Part shown: in pieces, positions 49,043 through 62,317 of the stretch | How the letters are laid out: each line of letters starts with the position of its first letter | How positions within the stretch are numbered: the first letter of the stretch is position 1 | Assembly (NCBI GenBank): GCA_016748015.1 | Contig: JAAOMT010000072.1 | Coordinates: 1-64,000, forward strand | Direction of reading: 5' to 3' | From: Geosiphon pyriformis uo1 | Lineage: Eukaryota; Fungi; Glomeromycota | Length of the DNA stretch: 64,000 nt | Translations under genes and position numbers: made by a program | Notes under the pieces: model-generated | What the model saw: the letters and a program-made list of their open reading frames with translations, nothing else | The model's database searches: none | What the model was told of the DNA's origin: nothing

Positions 49043-50428
49043 TTAAGTGTTCAAGTTTGGCTGTTGTTCTATTATAATTATTGGTTCTAAATTTTGGGGA
49101 ATATCTTCAGGATTAATTAAAGAGAAATATGTACCAATTTGTGGAATTAATGGTTCAGGATTGTTTCTGGAATAATAGTGTTTTAATCTATCTCCATATG
49201 TAACTTTTGCTAGTACTTTGTCATTAAGTCTTAATTTGTATGATCTATTGCCTAGAATTTCATGAATATAAAATAGTCCATCCCATTTGTTTTCAAATTT
49301 TCCACTTCATTGTTTTTCAGCCTTAGTTCTGTGTAAGAGAACTTTATTTCCAACTTTAAATTTGTTGGTTATGAATGGTAATTTGTTGTCATGTCTTTTT
49401 TTTTGTTGAGCTTGGGAATGTTCAATATGAGTTGCTGCTATTTTTCTTTTTCTTTCCAGTGTATTAAAAAGAGTGTAGGCCCTTCTTTGGAGTGTTTTTT
49501 GAAAGTTTTCTTCATTGATTGGTTGCACTGGGTATGTTTCCACTGTGAAATTAATTGGTAATGTTGCTGTCCTTTCATAAGTAAAATCAAATAGTGTGTG
49601 TTTCATAGTATTTTGTTTTAGTGTTCTGTATGCTAGTAACACTGATAGAATAAAGATATCCCATTCCTGCTCAAAATCTGTTGAGACTTTGGCTAAAGAT
49701 TCACACAATGTTCTGTTGAAACATTCTACAAGTCTATTTGTTTGAGAGTGATAAAGTGATAATAGAGGTTTTTTGACATTGAATTGTTTACAAATTTCTT
49801 GTATCAAGTTGTTCACAAAATGTGTTCTTTGATCAGATAAGAGTTCAATTGGACATCCATGTCTACAAATAATGTCTTCATAGATGAAATTTGCTACTGA
49901 TTTTGCATCTGCTCTTTGGATGGCTCTAGCTTCAGGCCATTTGGTGAGATAATCTACTGCAACTGCAATATAATGATTTTCTTGGGTTGTAATAGATAAT
50001 GGTCCAATTAAATCAATTCCAACTCTGTCAAAAGGCTGCCCAACTTTGATTGGATTTAAAGATTCTGTGGAACAAGTTTCTTCTCTTTTTTGACAACTAT
50101 CACAAGATTCTATATATTGTCAAATGTCTTTTTGCATGTAAGGCCAAAAATAATGTTCAAGAGTTCTTTGAATTGTTCCATCTCTTCCCAAGTGTGCTGA
50201 GGATGGGTCTGTATGCATGTTGTATAAAATTGTTTCTTTTTCATTCTCTTGTACTGATCTGAGTGGTTGGTTTGGGTTTTTGTGATTTTTATAATAAATT
50301 TTGTTGTGGTGTATGAAATATTGTTTTAATTGGTATTGTAAACGATGTTTTTCACTTGAAGACCAATTTTCTGACATGGTAAGGGTCTCCAAATAGTTTT
50401 TAAGATTGCTGTAGTTTTTGAGATCCAT
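49043..50428 (-). pseudogene. C integrase
   Basis: HTDPSSAHLG..CDSC; VGIDLIGP; NRLVECFN. Confidence 0.88.
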
Positions 50429-50485
50429 TGTTGTTTGGTTATTTTGTTGGTAGGTTAGTAAGTTGTGATGGAATTGTTGTTGGTG

Positions 50486-53400
50486 TTAATCTTGTCTTAT
50501 TCTTAAGAGGCTATTAACATTGGTGTGTAGTTTTCCTGATTTGTGATGTACAATGTATCTGTAGTTTGCTAAGAAGTCATTTCATCGAGACTGTTTGGCA
50601 CTTTGTTCAGTTTTCTTTTTATTAAGCCATTTAAGGCCAATATTATCAGTTATTATGTCAAATTCTTTTCCATTCTTTAGGTATTGTTGAAAGTGTTTGA
50701 GAGCCCAGATGACTGCAGCGGCTTCCAATTCAGTTGAGCCATATTTGAGTTCTGTTGGCTTGAGTGTTCTGCTGGCATAGATAATAACTTGTTTCTGGCC
50801 ATTTTCATCCAATTGTGATAAGATGACACCAAATGTTATGTGTAAAGCATCAGTGACTAATTGGAACTGTTTGTTGAAGTCTGGGTAAGCAAGAACTGGG
50901 ACTGTTGTCAATTTTGTTTTGAGAGTTTCAAAAGCTTTTTGTTGTTCTTCAGTCTATTTGTATGGCACATTTTTGTTGGTAAGATAATTGAGTGGTTTGG
51001 CAATTTCTGAGAATTTTTTTATGAATTTTTGATAGTAAGAGGCTAATCCTACAAATCCTCGTAGTTCTGTGGTATTTCTGGGAGTTTGAAAGTTTTTGAC
51101 AGTACTGATTGTTTCTGGATTTGGTTTGACTCCATTTTTACTAACTATGTGTCCAAGAAAAATCAAGCTTGTTTTTTCAAAGTGACATTTCTCAATATTC
51201 AACTTTAATTCTGTTTTCCATAATCATTGAAAAACTTCTTGTAGGTAAATAAGATGGGCTTCAAAGCTTGGTAAGTATACATCAATGTTATTAAGATAGA
51301 CAACTACTGATTGCCACAAAAGTCCTTCATATACAACATCTATGAGTCATTAAAATGTTGCTGGTATATTGCAGAGTCCAAAAGGCATAACATTTAACTC
51401 ATAATTTCCTCCTTGAGTGGTAAATGCTGTTTTGGGTCAGTCCTTTGGGTCCATTTCGACTTGCCAGTATTCACTTTCCAAGTCCAAAGTTGAGAAGAAC
51501 TTGGCTTTTCCTAAAGCATCTAATATGTCATCAATTCTTGGAAGAGAGTAGGCATCTCCAATTGTTACACTGTTTAATTGGCAATAGTCAACACAAAATC
51601 TGATTTTTCTATTTTTCTTTTTGACAAGAACTACTGGTGAGGCAAAGACTTTTTGATGGTTAAATCAATCCGTTATTGAGCATTCTCTGGACTTCTTCTC
51701 TGTTGAATTGGTGGTTGGCAGGTGGCACTCTGTAAGTTTGTTGACATTTTGGTGGAGCATTTCTTGTATGGATCTAATGTTGAACAATATCAGTTTTTTC
51801 CAGGTCATTGTTGTCTTTTGCAAATATATCTGTAAATTTGGCTATCAATTGTTTCAATTATCTTTGTTGTTGAGATTCTAAGGAATCCATATTAATTCAA
51901 GAGAGTTTTTCTTCCAAAAGATGGTAGTTTTCAGTAATAAGAATGATATTTAGATTTGGGAGTAGAGTGTGCCTTACAATTTCAATGAAATTAGAGACAA
52001 TTTGAGGGTTTTTATTTTGAAAGATATTGCTGTGTATAATTCCAATCTCTAATTTGTTTAATAAGACAATAGGGTAATTATTGGGGTTGTAGAATGTAAC
52101 TCAAAATTTTTTCATTTCTTTGAGAATATAAACATTTGGAATTAAGATTTCATGCTTCAAACAGATTTGTTTATTGGATTCAAAGATTTGTTGTATAGTA
52201 GTGGGTTTTGAGCAAGTGTAAATTTCGTGATGTTCTCCAAAAGGTGAAATAGTAATTGGTTGGGGAAGTTAAAGAATCTGGTAAGATTCATTTTGTGTAT
52301 TAAGAGCTATGTTTACTGGAACTGTAAATCGTCCAGTTGAACCAAAACCTTGAGTTTCTTTTTTACTTTTTCTCAATTGTTCTTAATCCTAAATGGTTTG
52401 TCTGTTTTATTTTGCAATATGATGGTAATGTCTTCAGTATATTTTGCATCTATGATTTCTCCTTTAACATTGATTTTTTTGCTTGCCAATAATGATCTGG
52501 ATGCAATTTGAACCATTGCTCCAAATGGAATTTTAAGAGCAATTTTAAGATTGATTTTGGTCAAAGATTTTGGTTGGAGAACCAAAGTATCTTTTCCTAG
52601 ATATCTGAGGTTATTTTTTGCATCAATTTCGTGGGCTTTTTCTGGTTTTATTTTTTGCCCATTATTATCAAAGTATTTGAGTTGTATAGCAGACTGGTTT
52701 TCAATAAGATAGATTGGTGTTGTTGTGATTTCTTTCTTTGTTTCAGGTTTTCCAAATTTGATTTCTTCCTGGTCATTTTCATTGAGTAAGGGAATACTAA
52801 AAGCATAGCATTCTGAACACTATTTGTTATCACAAAACATGATGCATTTTTCACACAATTGAATGTTTATTTGCTCTAATTGTTGAATTTGAGCTTCTTG
52901 GGTTGGATAAGTGTGGCTTGCAATTTGGTGGTATGTTTCTACCTTATCTTCATAGTTGAATCCAGCTAATTCTATTGTGTATTCAATATATTCAGCTTTT
53001 TTCATTTGGTGGACATCTTCCTGTGTGGCTTTATTAATTAAAGTCATTGCTAAATTAAAGATTATTTCAGCATCATGAGGGTAGTGGTAAAGTTTATTGA
53101 AAACACTGTTGTATGCTGCATTAAATGGTGTTCCTCTTCTGACTTTTTCCAAAATTGATAGAATATATTGACAGGTTTGATCACATATTCCTCCTCTCAT
53201 TGCAACATCAATCCAATTGCATTCTTCTGGTAGCATATTTCTATATGTAAGGCAAGAAGTGTTGTCTTATTTTTCACTCCTTTTAAGATATCCAAATCGT
53301 TTTTTATGGCATGCTTTACAAAAGTAGCAGGTACGAGTTTCATATTCCTCTTCTGGAGAAATACATACTTCCATTGATGAAAGTTTTTTGTTGCAATCTT

Positions 53401-56040
53401 TGCATTTAAGTGGAATGTAGAGTGGTTGTTTCTGTGGCTCTGGTGTAAAATATCTAACTTTCTTCCATTCTCTTGATTCCTCAAAAATTTTTTGTTCTGT
53501 TTCCTCAGCCCAATTGAATGTTGATCTAAGAGCCATATAGGTTTTAGTAAATGGCATTTCTTTCTCCTCTTCAAATTCAAATACTGGGGCTTTTTCTGAT
53601 TATTTGTTGAAAGTACCACAAGTAGCAGGTACTATGGTGTATTGTTCTTGGTATGAGATTTTTAGTTCTTGAGTTTCCCAATCTAAGTTTGTATTGGCCT
53701 TAAGAAGCCAATCATTTCCGACCAAAGCTTGGTATTGAGGTGCATCCATGACTAAAACTTTAACTAAAATGGTGATTCCATCAATAGTAAATGAGAAATT
53801 GTCAATTTCTTCTACTGGTGTCTTTTTCATATCATCTGCTGTAACAATTACAGTTTGGGCTGGTCTGTCAACAGTTCTTTGAAGCTGTTGCATTAATTGG
53901 TAGGTAATAATACTTTCGGTTGATCCACTGTTTAGAATTAGTCAGATGGGTTTTCCTTCTACTATAGCTTCAGTGTACATAGCAGTGATAGTTTTTTGTT
54001 CATTAGCTGCTGCATTACTAAGCAAGAATGGTGATTTATTTACTTCAAATTCGAATGAGAATATATCTGAGAGGTTGGCATTTTGAGCAATTTGGGCTGG
54101 TGGGATTGTATTGTTGGAAGGATTTTGTCTTGGTGCTGCAGCTTTACCTTCAGAAAGTGCAGGTTGTTGAAAATCCGATCCTTCAGGCATTGTAAGATAA
54201 CTGGGTTGAGTGTGATAGTGATTGGGTCTTTGCTGACCAGAATTTCGAAGAACCAACTGGTTATTTGGGTTGATTCTGTTGTTGTTATTCTGAAATTGAT
54301 TTTGGGATGTGAATTGGTTATGTTGAACCAATTTTCTGGCTGGTACTTGATATTGTTAAATGAGTGGTGTCTGATATTGCTGAATTGGTAAAGATTGTTG
54401 ATATTGCTGTTGCATTGGCTGTGGAGCTGGTTGATAGTAATTGTTTTGGTTTTGTGGTCTTGATAAGTAATAAGTTGGTGGTGGAGGTTGGTAATAAGAT
54501 TGTTGTGGTGAAGAATAATGTTGATTACTTCTGTTTTGTTGGTCTCTTTGTAATTTCTTACAATCTCGTTTCCAATGTCCTGGAATTCCACAATAATGAC
54601 AATTTTAAGGTTGGTTGTTAGATGGTAATCCAAAGTTGTTTTGAATGCGTCATTGTAGGAGTTGATATCTTTGTGGTTGTTGCTGCTGTTGTTGTTGGTT
54701 TGTAAAATAGCTTTTAACCTTCTTTGTAAGTTGGTCTATCTTCTCTTCAACTGCTGAGCTGGTTTTTCCAATTGCAAGATTTACAAGCTTGGTGTGATTT
54801 GCTTTTTCTATTGCTATTTCATAGCTCTTTGCATGTCTAATGGCAGTTGCTAAGTCTGCTGGAGCATGTGGATGAACTTTCTTTATCAGTTTGTCTTTTA
54901 ACTCTGCTATAAACTGGTCCAAAATCTGAGCATCAGAATAGTAGTCATTGGTTTCCAATTGTCAAATTTGTCTGAGAAGTTTGTTGAATCTCTCAAGATA
55001 AGTCATAATAGTTTTAGATGTTTCTTGCTTGATATTGTGAAAGCAGTTTCTGAGAGTAATAGAGGTGTTGTTGTTGGTAAATTGTTGTAGAAAAGTATCT
55101 TTGAATGCTTGCCAGTCTTCAAATGGTTCTTTTAAGTTTTCAAACCATTCTTCTGCAGTTTCTTGGAGAAAGTATGGGATTGCTTTAAGTATTCTTGCTG
55201 CATTTCAACTATTTGCATCTCCTGCTTTTTGAACTTTGTTAAGCCATTTTTGAGAACTGGTGTTATTATTTTCATCTGTAAATTCTGGAATCTTTGCAAT
55301 GTAAGCAGTTGCTATTTTTTTTTTGTTTTCTGTGGCTTCTTCTTGTTTTGATTCAGTTTTTTCACTTTCCAAATTTTCTGAATGATCACTTTCGTTTTCC
55401 TGCAAGTATTCAATAATATTGGTGCTTGTTAATATGGGTTCCTGCTGTTGAGTAAGATTTTTAGGTAACTGAAAATCTTCTGGTCTGGAAAAATAGTTAA
55501 GTGGTGAATTTGGTGTTTGTGGCTGAGTGAGTGAAATTGGAAATGGTGTAATTGAAAGTGGTAATTTGACACTGGTTTCTTGTTCAGGTGTTTGCAAGTG
55601 TTTGGCAGTTGTCTTTTGTAGTATTGGAGTGTTTGGAGTGGTTTTTGAGTATTGTTTTACTTTTTGTTTGCCTTTATTGCTTGGTTCAGTTTCTGATTCA
55701 AAGTCAAAAGAGTATTTAAACTGTACTGGATATTTTTCTTCACAATACTCAATAATGTTAAAATTAAGTTCTTAAAAGTAGGTAGCAAGTGTTTCACTGT
55801 TCAGGTCTTCTGTTTCCAATTGTGAATAGTGCATTAAATTATTGTAGAGGTTGTTTCTCACTTCTGAAATATTGTAGTTTCCAAAAAAATAATTGTTGAT
55901 ATAGTTTTTAATGTATTGGTATACTGATTTCTTGACAACTTCAATTCCGTCTGGGATGTTGAATTTTTGTTTGCAGTAGGTGTAAATTGACTAATAATAC
56001 TCTAGAGTTGCTGTGTTTGGTGTGGTTGCCACTTTGAATT
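50486..56040 (-). pseudogene. pol: C gag-pol: gag with CCHC, protease, Cys-rich region, dUTPase, RT, RNase H (5' start approximate)
   Basis: ORF fragments starting at 55597, 54958, 54331, 53893, 53557, 53236 and 52585 are in one frame; CHYCGIPGHWKRDC; LILNSGS; RT and RNH motifs. Confidence 0.88.
52325..52650 (-). pseudogene. dut: dUTPase domain of element C
   Basis: IASRSLLA, GEIIDAKYTE, TQGFGSTG; partial deletion around motif IV. Confidence 0.8.
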
Positions 56041-56077
56041 TGTTGTTGCTGTGTTATTTTCATGGGAGAGCACCAAA

Positions 56078-57072
56078 TGTTATTAGAGGTTTTTGGTCTC
56101 TTTTCTTAAATGTTGTTAATGTCTGTTTGTTGTAAATTCACATTTTCTAGAAGTAGTTGAATCTTCAATAACTGAATTTATCTTCAAATTATCTCCTATA
56201 ATTTGAACTGCTGGGCTTATGAGTGGAATGGCCAATTCCATGCCAGTTACTTTATATAGTTACATTGTAGTAAATGTTAACTCTTTTCCAGAAATTGCTC
56301 ATCTGAAAGCTCACTAAAATATGTAGTTACTTTGCTGTAAAAGTCAACTCTTCTACAGGAATCTCGTCTGTAGACTACCCTAATGATTGTAATAAAAAAA
56401 AGAAAAGAAAAGAAAAGAAATATAAAAGAAATAGAATTTTATTAAGGAAAACGTTTTCTATCCAGGCCTGGAGTCATTAACAGTTTACTAAAATTGGTAG
56501 CTAATCAATTTTAAAATGTTAGTTGAGTTTTGGGAATTTTCCAAGTGCAATAATTAAAGAATTTGGTTTTCAAATTATTTGATATTTATTTCTTTTTGTG
56601 TGTGTAGGAATGGTTCTAATAATAATTCTAAAGTAAGATACTATGTTAAGATACTATGAAAAGATATGAAAAGAATATGGAAAGAATACATTTTCTTAAA
56701 AAGAGAAGCTCTTCTTTTATACAACTTGTTGTAGTACTAGTCTTTGAACTTGCACTTTTCTTTTTGCTACAATTTGGGTAAATTAAAGATATATTTTGGC
56801 GAATTTACAAGTTATTTCACTGAACTATTGATTATTTCGGCGAATTTTTATTAATTTCGGCAAATTTTGACTATGTTAAATGGTTCAGAATATTGTGTAA
56901 TTTGATCATCTTAATTTCTAGAGTACAAATCGGATTATTGATTAAGTAATGATATTTGATAATTTGGTTAATTTAATAAGTAATAATCAAAATGATAATA
57001 ATATGCTAATTAATAATAGGAATTATGAAGATAATTTCGTGCTAATTAATAGCTAAAATTCTACTGGTAACA
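56078..57072 (-). repeat. C 5' LTR
   Basis: TG...CA termini; adjacent PBS. Confidence 0.95.
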
Positions 57073-57923
57073 CCACAAAAAACTTTAACAAACTAGTTAG
57101 CTTTGAGTTAGATAAAACTTTTCAAATAGATTACACTATGAATAGCTTTATTTTGCTAGAGCTTAATCTCTTTAAAGAGGATGATGTTATAGTTGAAACC
57201 TATACTTCTTATTAATTATCACATATATTACCCATTAATGTCATATAATTAGTCACTCTATTTTTAAATAGTAATCATTGACTTAATCAATAACTTGACC
57301 ATTAACCTAATTATTGACTTAATTATTGATCTAATCAATAATCTGATCATTGATCTAATTATTAACCTAGTCATTAACTTGATTATTGATTACTTTTGAT
57401 AGCTATATAAGCAATAAATTGCTTAACAGTAGAAAAACATATAAGAATCAAAGAAAAAAATAAAATAAAATAACAACTTCATCTCAATCCTTCTCTTATT
57501 GCTAATTTCTCTTTCCCTACTTTTAAGTATTCAAACATGTTGGAATAAAAGATTACTTGTTGGTTATTTCTTACCTTTTTTCTAAAACATGTAATTGTAG
57601 CATTTGAAGATTATTGAATAAAACATAATTAAAAAGTACATCTGATACCTGATATTGAATTCTAAAAGCACTAAGATGAAACATAGAATTATACCAGTGT
57701 GTGATCATTTGTTAACAGTATAAACTATCCTTCTACCTTCAAATTCTCCAGTTATCTTTTAAAAAGTATAGCAACTGAAATATTTTATGAAACTGATCTT
57801 GCACATTAAATTCATACTTATTCAATTTGCTTTTTGAAGTTGAATTCTCTTTGATCTTTTTCATCATCTTACAATTTTGTTCTTCTTTGCTATCTGTTAA
57901 CTTGTTACTTCAACCCATAATAG

Positions 57924-58720
57924 TATTATAATTGAAACTCATATTTTTTATTAGTTATTACATGTATTAGCTACTAATATCATATAAATTAGCCATCTTA
58001 TTTTTAGATAGTAATTATTGACCTAATCAATGACCTAATCATTGACCTGATCATTGATCTAGTTATTGATCTAATCATTGACCACTTTTAATAATTATAT
58101 AAGTGATGAGTCTCTTAGCTGTAGAAAGACATGATTAAAGTAATGAAATAAAATCCACTATTAATTACTTTCTCTTATATTACTTATTCACTTTTTCTTA
58201 TCTTTAAGTATTTAAATATTTTGAGATAAAAAATTACTTGTTGGCATTCACATACCTTATTTTTTTTCTTCTTAATATGTATTATTAGAATTAGCCTAAG
58301 AAGCAATTACTTGTTTTTGTGATTTATTGAATAAAAAAACAATTGAAAAGCATAATAATACTTGTTATTGATTTTAAAAATTGCCAAATGAGACATAAAA
58401 TAATAGCAGTAGTGTTATTTTGTTGACAATCACAGACTATTTTTCTATCTTCAAATTTCCAAAAAAATTTGCAACTGTAATTTTTATGAGATTGATCATA
58501 CATATTAAATTCTTACTTATTTAATTTATTCTCTTATTGTAATTCTCTTTTTGGTTATTTCTTTATTCTACAATCTTGTTCTTTTTTGCTATTTATTAGC
58601 TTGTTACTCCAATTCATAATATAAAAGTGGTGCTCCCTATGAAGTTGTTAAAATCCACTTTGTTTTTTATTATATAAATAATTATTTATATTTGCTACAA
58701 CAATTAGAAAAATACTTTAA
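57924..58720 (+). mobile_element. Gypsy family A copy A6: 5' LTR 57924-58621, PBS, truncated gag start
   Basis: LTR homology; PBS at 58628; joined to a D-family LTR at TAAA microhomology. Confidence 0.88.
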
Positions 58721-59290
58721 AAAAGACAGATCTCTCAGTTTAGATTTTCTCTAAGCAACCTTCCAATCCACAAATATCAATAAATAATTATTCTCTATCT
58801 CAAATCCACTCCCACTATCAAAACTTCATGTTGATAGTAATTGATACTTAACCATACTGAAACAATAGCTCTTAATCATGGCTATTGATAAGATACTAAC
58901 TTGCAATTGCTTTTGTTTATTTTTTTTTATTTTTTTTTATTTTTTTGTTTTACTAATTGATTAAGAGTTAAGTGCTGAGTTATTGACATCAAGGATAGCC
59001 TGATAAAAAACTCCAAAGGAAGAGTATAGAAATTATATATTAACAGATAGCTACCAGAAGGACATCTCTGCCAGATTACTGGCCATCATGCTAAGAAAAA
59101 AATTTGATAGAATTGCGATTCTGGGAGACTACTGGAAAGACAACAATTAAATCTCTGTCTATAATACAAAAAACTCCACAACAAAATCTTCAGATCAATC
59201 AAACCTACAGATATCAGCACCAGAAGACCAATTGAGCACCAAGTTATGGATTTGTTATTTGCTTTGAGACTCAAATAATCATCTGTAACA
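58718..59290 (+). repeat. 3' part of a D-family LTR
   Basis: Similar to the reverse complement of 62318-62920 (AAAAGACAGATCTCTCAGTTTAGATTT; TTGAGCACCAAGTTATG); ends TGTAACA. Confidence 0.82.
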
Positions 59291-62200
59291 ATAATAATAT
59301 GGTTTCAGTCAATTACTATGTGCTGCTTTGACTAAAATTTTGTTGTCCTATCTTAATTTATAAGCTCCATTTTCTAGAATTTCTTTTATGTAAAATGGTC
59401 TGTCCTATTTGGGATTAAATTTTCTACTTCATTGTTTTTTTGTTTTGGTAAAATGTAAAAGTACTTTGTTTCCAATCCTGAATTCAACTGGTTTATCTGG
59501 TAATTAGTTATCATGTTTTTTTTTTTGTTTTTTTTGTTTTTTTTGAATATTATCAGCTGTTTTTTGCCATTTGTTTTCTAATGTTTCCATTAATTCATAT
59601 GTTCTTCTCAACAATGTTTCTTGAAAATTGTCTTCTATTATTGGTTTTGTTGAATATATGCTGACTTTTATCTCTACTGATAACATTGCTGTTCTATCAT
59701 ATACTAATTTAAATGGTATTGCTTGTGTAGTGTTTTGCTTTATTGTCTAATAAGCAAATAATACTGATAATATAAACAAATCTCATTTGTCCTAGTTTTT
59801 TTGACTGATTTTGGCTATTGCTTTATATAACATTCTATTAAATCTTTCAACTAACCCATTTGTTTGCAGATGATATAGTGATGATAATGGTCTTTTAATT
59901 CCAAATCTTTGACTTAATTCTGCTAGTGTTCTGTCTACAAAATGCATTCTTTGGTCTGATAGTAATTCTTTTAAACATCTATGTTGACAAATTAGATCTT
60001 GATGAATGAATTTGGCAACAGATTCTGCATCTGCTTTTTGAATGGCTTTTGCTTCTGGCTACTTAGTAAAATAATCTATGACTACTGCAATATATCTGTT
60101 TTTTCTGCTGATTATTGTTAATAGTTCAACTAAGTTAATTCCAATGTAATCAAATAGTTGTTTTACTTTGATTGGTCTCAATGGTTTACTAGATCTTGTT
60201 CCTTTTTTTCTCTAATAAGCATTATAATTTTGAACATATTGGATGATATTTAAATATATTGATGGCCAATAGTATCTTTTTTTGGTTCTTTCCATGGTTG
60301 TTTCTTTATAAAAATATTCTGCTATTGGATCTGAGTGCATGTTGAATAATATTGTTTTTTTTTCTGGCTCTGTAATTACTCTGGTTGGTTGATCTGAATT
60401 TTTTTTGTTCTTCCAATAAAGTATATTTTGATGGTTAATAAAGTATTTTAATTGTTGTTTTATGTTGTTTTATTTATAATTTCTCCTTGAACTGTTGAGT
60501 ATTTATATAATACTAGAGTTGTTGATATTTTTGTGTGTTCATCTTTATTATATTTTTGTTTTTCAATTGTTTGGATTTTGTTATATTTTTGGGTTGAAAT
60601 GTTCAAATTTATTTCATTCATGACAAACCATCAGCATTTCTATTTTTTTTTCCCTTTTTATAGTATACTGTAAAAGTATATGGTAAAAGTGCTATTTTCT
60701 ATCTAGTATGTCAATTGTCTTCAAATTTTTGTTTCTGGATTGAAGTCAATCTTTTGTGATCCATGTGCACCCCAAATTTCTGGCTTAAGTATTTTTTCTA
60801 TTTTATGACAACCCAATAAATTGCTAAGTGTTCAAGTGCTGGTGTTTCATAGTTCTTTTTAGCTGATATTAAGCTTTGGCTGGTATATACTACTGGATGT
60901 TTTTTTTCATCTGGTTTTTTTTGTGATAGTACTGCTTCCAATGCTTAATCTGATGCATTAATAGTAATAATAAATGGTTTGCTATGATCTGAATAGATCA
61001 ATACTAGAGCTTGAATAAGTTTTTTTCTCAGTGTGTCAAAAGCTTTTTGTTGAGTTTTGGTCTATTCATATTTGGTGTTTTTTGTTTGAAGTTGGTGTAG
61101 TTGTTGAGCTATTTTGGAAAAGTTTTTGATAAAACAGTGGTAGTATTTAGCAAATTCTAAAAATGCTCTTAATTTCGTGAGATTATTTGGTACTGGAAAG
61201 TTTTTAATAATCTTAATCTTATCTGGATCTGTTTTGATATTATTTTTGTTTACAACATGTTCCAAAAACTTGAGTTCAGTTTTTTCAAAGAAGCATTTGG
61301 TGGCATTTAACTTCAATTTGACTCTTCTTAGTCTTTTAAATACTTGTTAGAAATGATGTAAATAATCATTGAATGTCTTTGAGAACACATTGGTATCATC
61401 CAAATATATGACTACTAATTTCCATAACAGTCTAGTATAGACAATTTCTATAAGCCATTGAAATGTTGCTGGTACATTTATCAAGCCAAATGGCATTACT
61501 TTAAACTCGAAATTTCTTTCTTAGGTTGTAAAAGCCATTTTCTCTTTGTCTTCTGGTTTTATAACTACTTGCCAATAATCACTATCTAAGTTTAAAGTTG
61601 AGAACCATTTTTTTTCTCCAAAAGCATTGAAAAGTTTTTGGATCTTTGAAGTTGGATAGCTATCTCTTTTTGTTACTCTATTTAGTTTCTGGTAATCTAT
61701 ACAAAAGCAGATTTTTCTATTCTTCTTATGGACTAATACTATTGGTGATGGCTAAATTAGCCTATTGTTAAGCATCTGATTGATTTCTTGATGAATGATC
61801 TTATGGCTGGCTGGTAATACTTAATATGCTCTTTGTTTGATTGACATTATATCTTTAGTCTTAATTTGGTGCTGGATTATGTCAGTTCTGCCAAACTTAT
61901 TTTCACTTACAAAAATGTTGGTAAAGTTGTTGAGTAACATTTTGAGTTGCATACATTAAAATGGATTTAAGTTTCTTATATTTATTTGTTCTAATTGTTC
62001 TAATTAGAGCAAATAACATTCATTTTGCCCATAGATGGTTTGTGATGTTATGTTGACATATCCACACAGTTGTAAAAAATCTGGAATGGGGTTTGGTAGT
62101 TGGTTTTTGATTTCAGTGGTTAAATATCCAATAATAGTTTCTTTTGGTATCTTGATGACATCTTCCATATTATTGTAGATGAGAATTTTGATGTGACTGT

Positions 62201-62317
62201 GGTTCTTGACTGGTATGTGTAAATTGACTAATCCAATTTTTCCTGATTTACAAAGTATTGCTTCTGCTTCAAAAATTTGAACCTGATCCTTTACTTTTCT
62301 TTCTATGGCTAACATGT
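59291..62317 (-). pseudogene. pol: Degraded Gypsy pol fragment, family E (RT, RNase H, integrase)
   Basis: MPFGL, YLDD near 61400, IN starting near 60542 with NGLVERFN; bounded by D-family LTRs. Confidence 0.88.

Larger units (their letters stand above)
47191..57072 (-). mobile_element. Complete Ty3/Gypsy element, family C (9.9 kb, dUTPase-bearing)
   Basis: LTRs 47191-48187 and 56078-57072; PBS TGGTGCTCTCCCATGA ending at 56075; PPT 48188-48200; TSD TTAC/CCAC. Confidence 0.95.
41971..57922 (+). mobile_element. Gypsy family A copy A4/5, remainder (gag to 42680, pol 42668-45297, IN 45321-46632, ORF4 split by element C, 3' LTR 57185-57922)
   Basis: Colinear with A1, heavily mutated; ORF4 resumes at 57073. 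Confidence 0.9.

Noticed and set aside
50429-50485. TACTAAC branchpoint suggesting an intron before the C integrase
   Set aside because: No AG acceptor before the ATG and no convincing donor; the spacer is in frame
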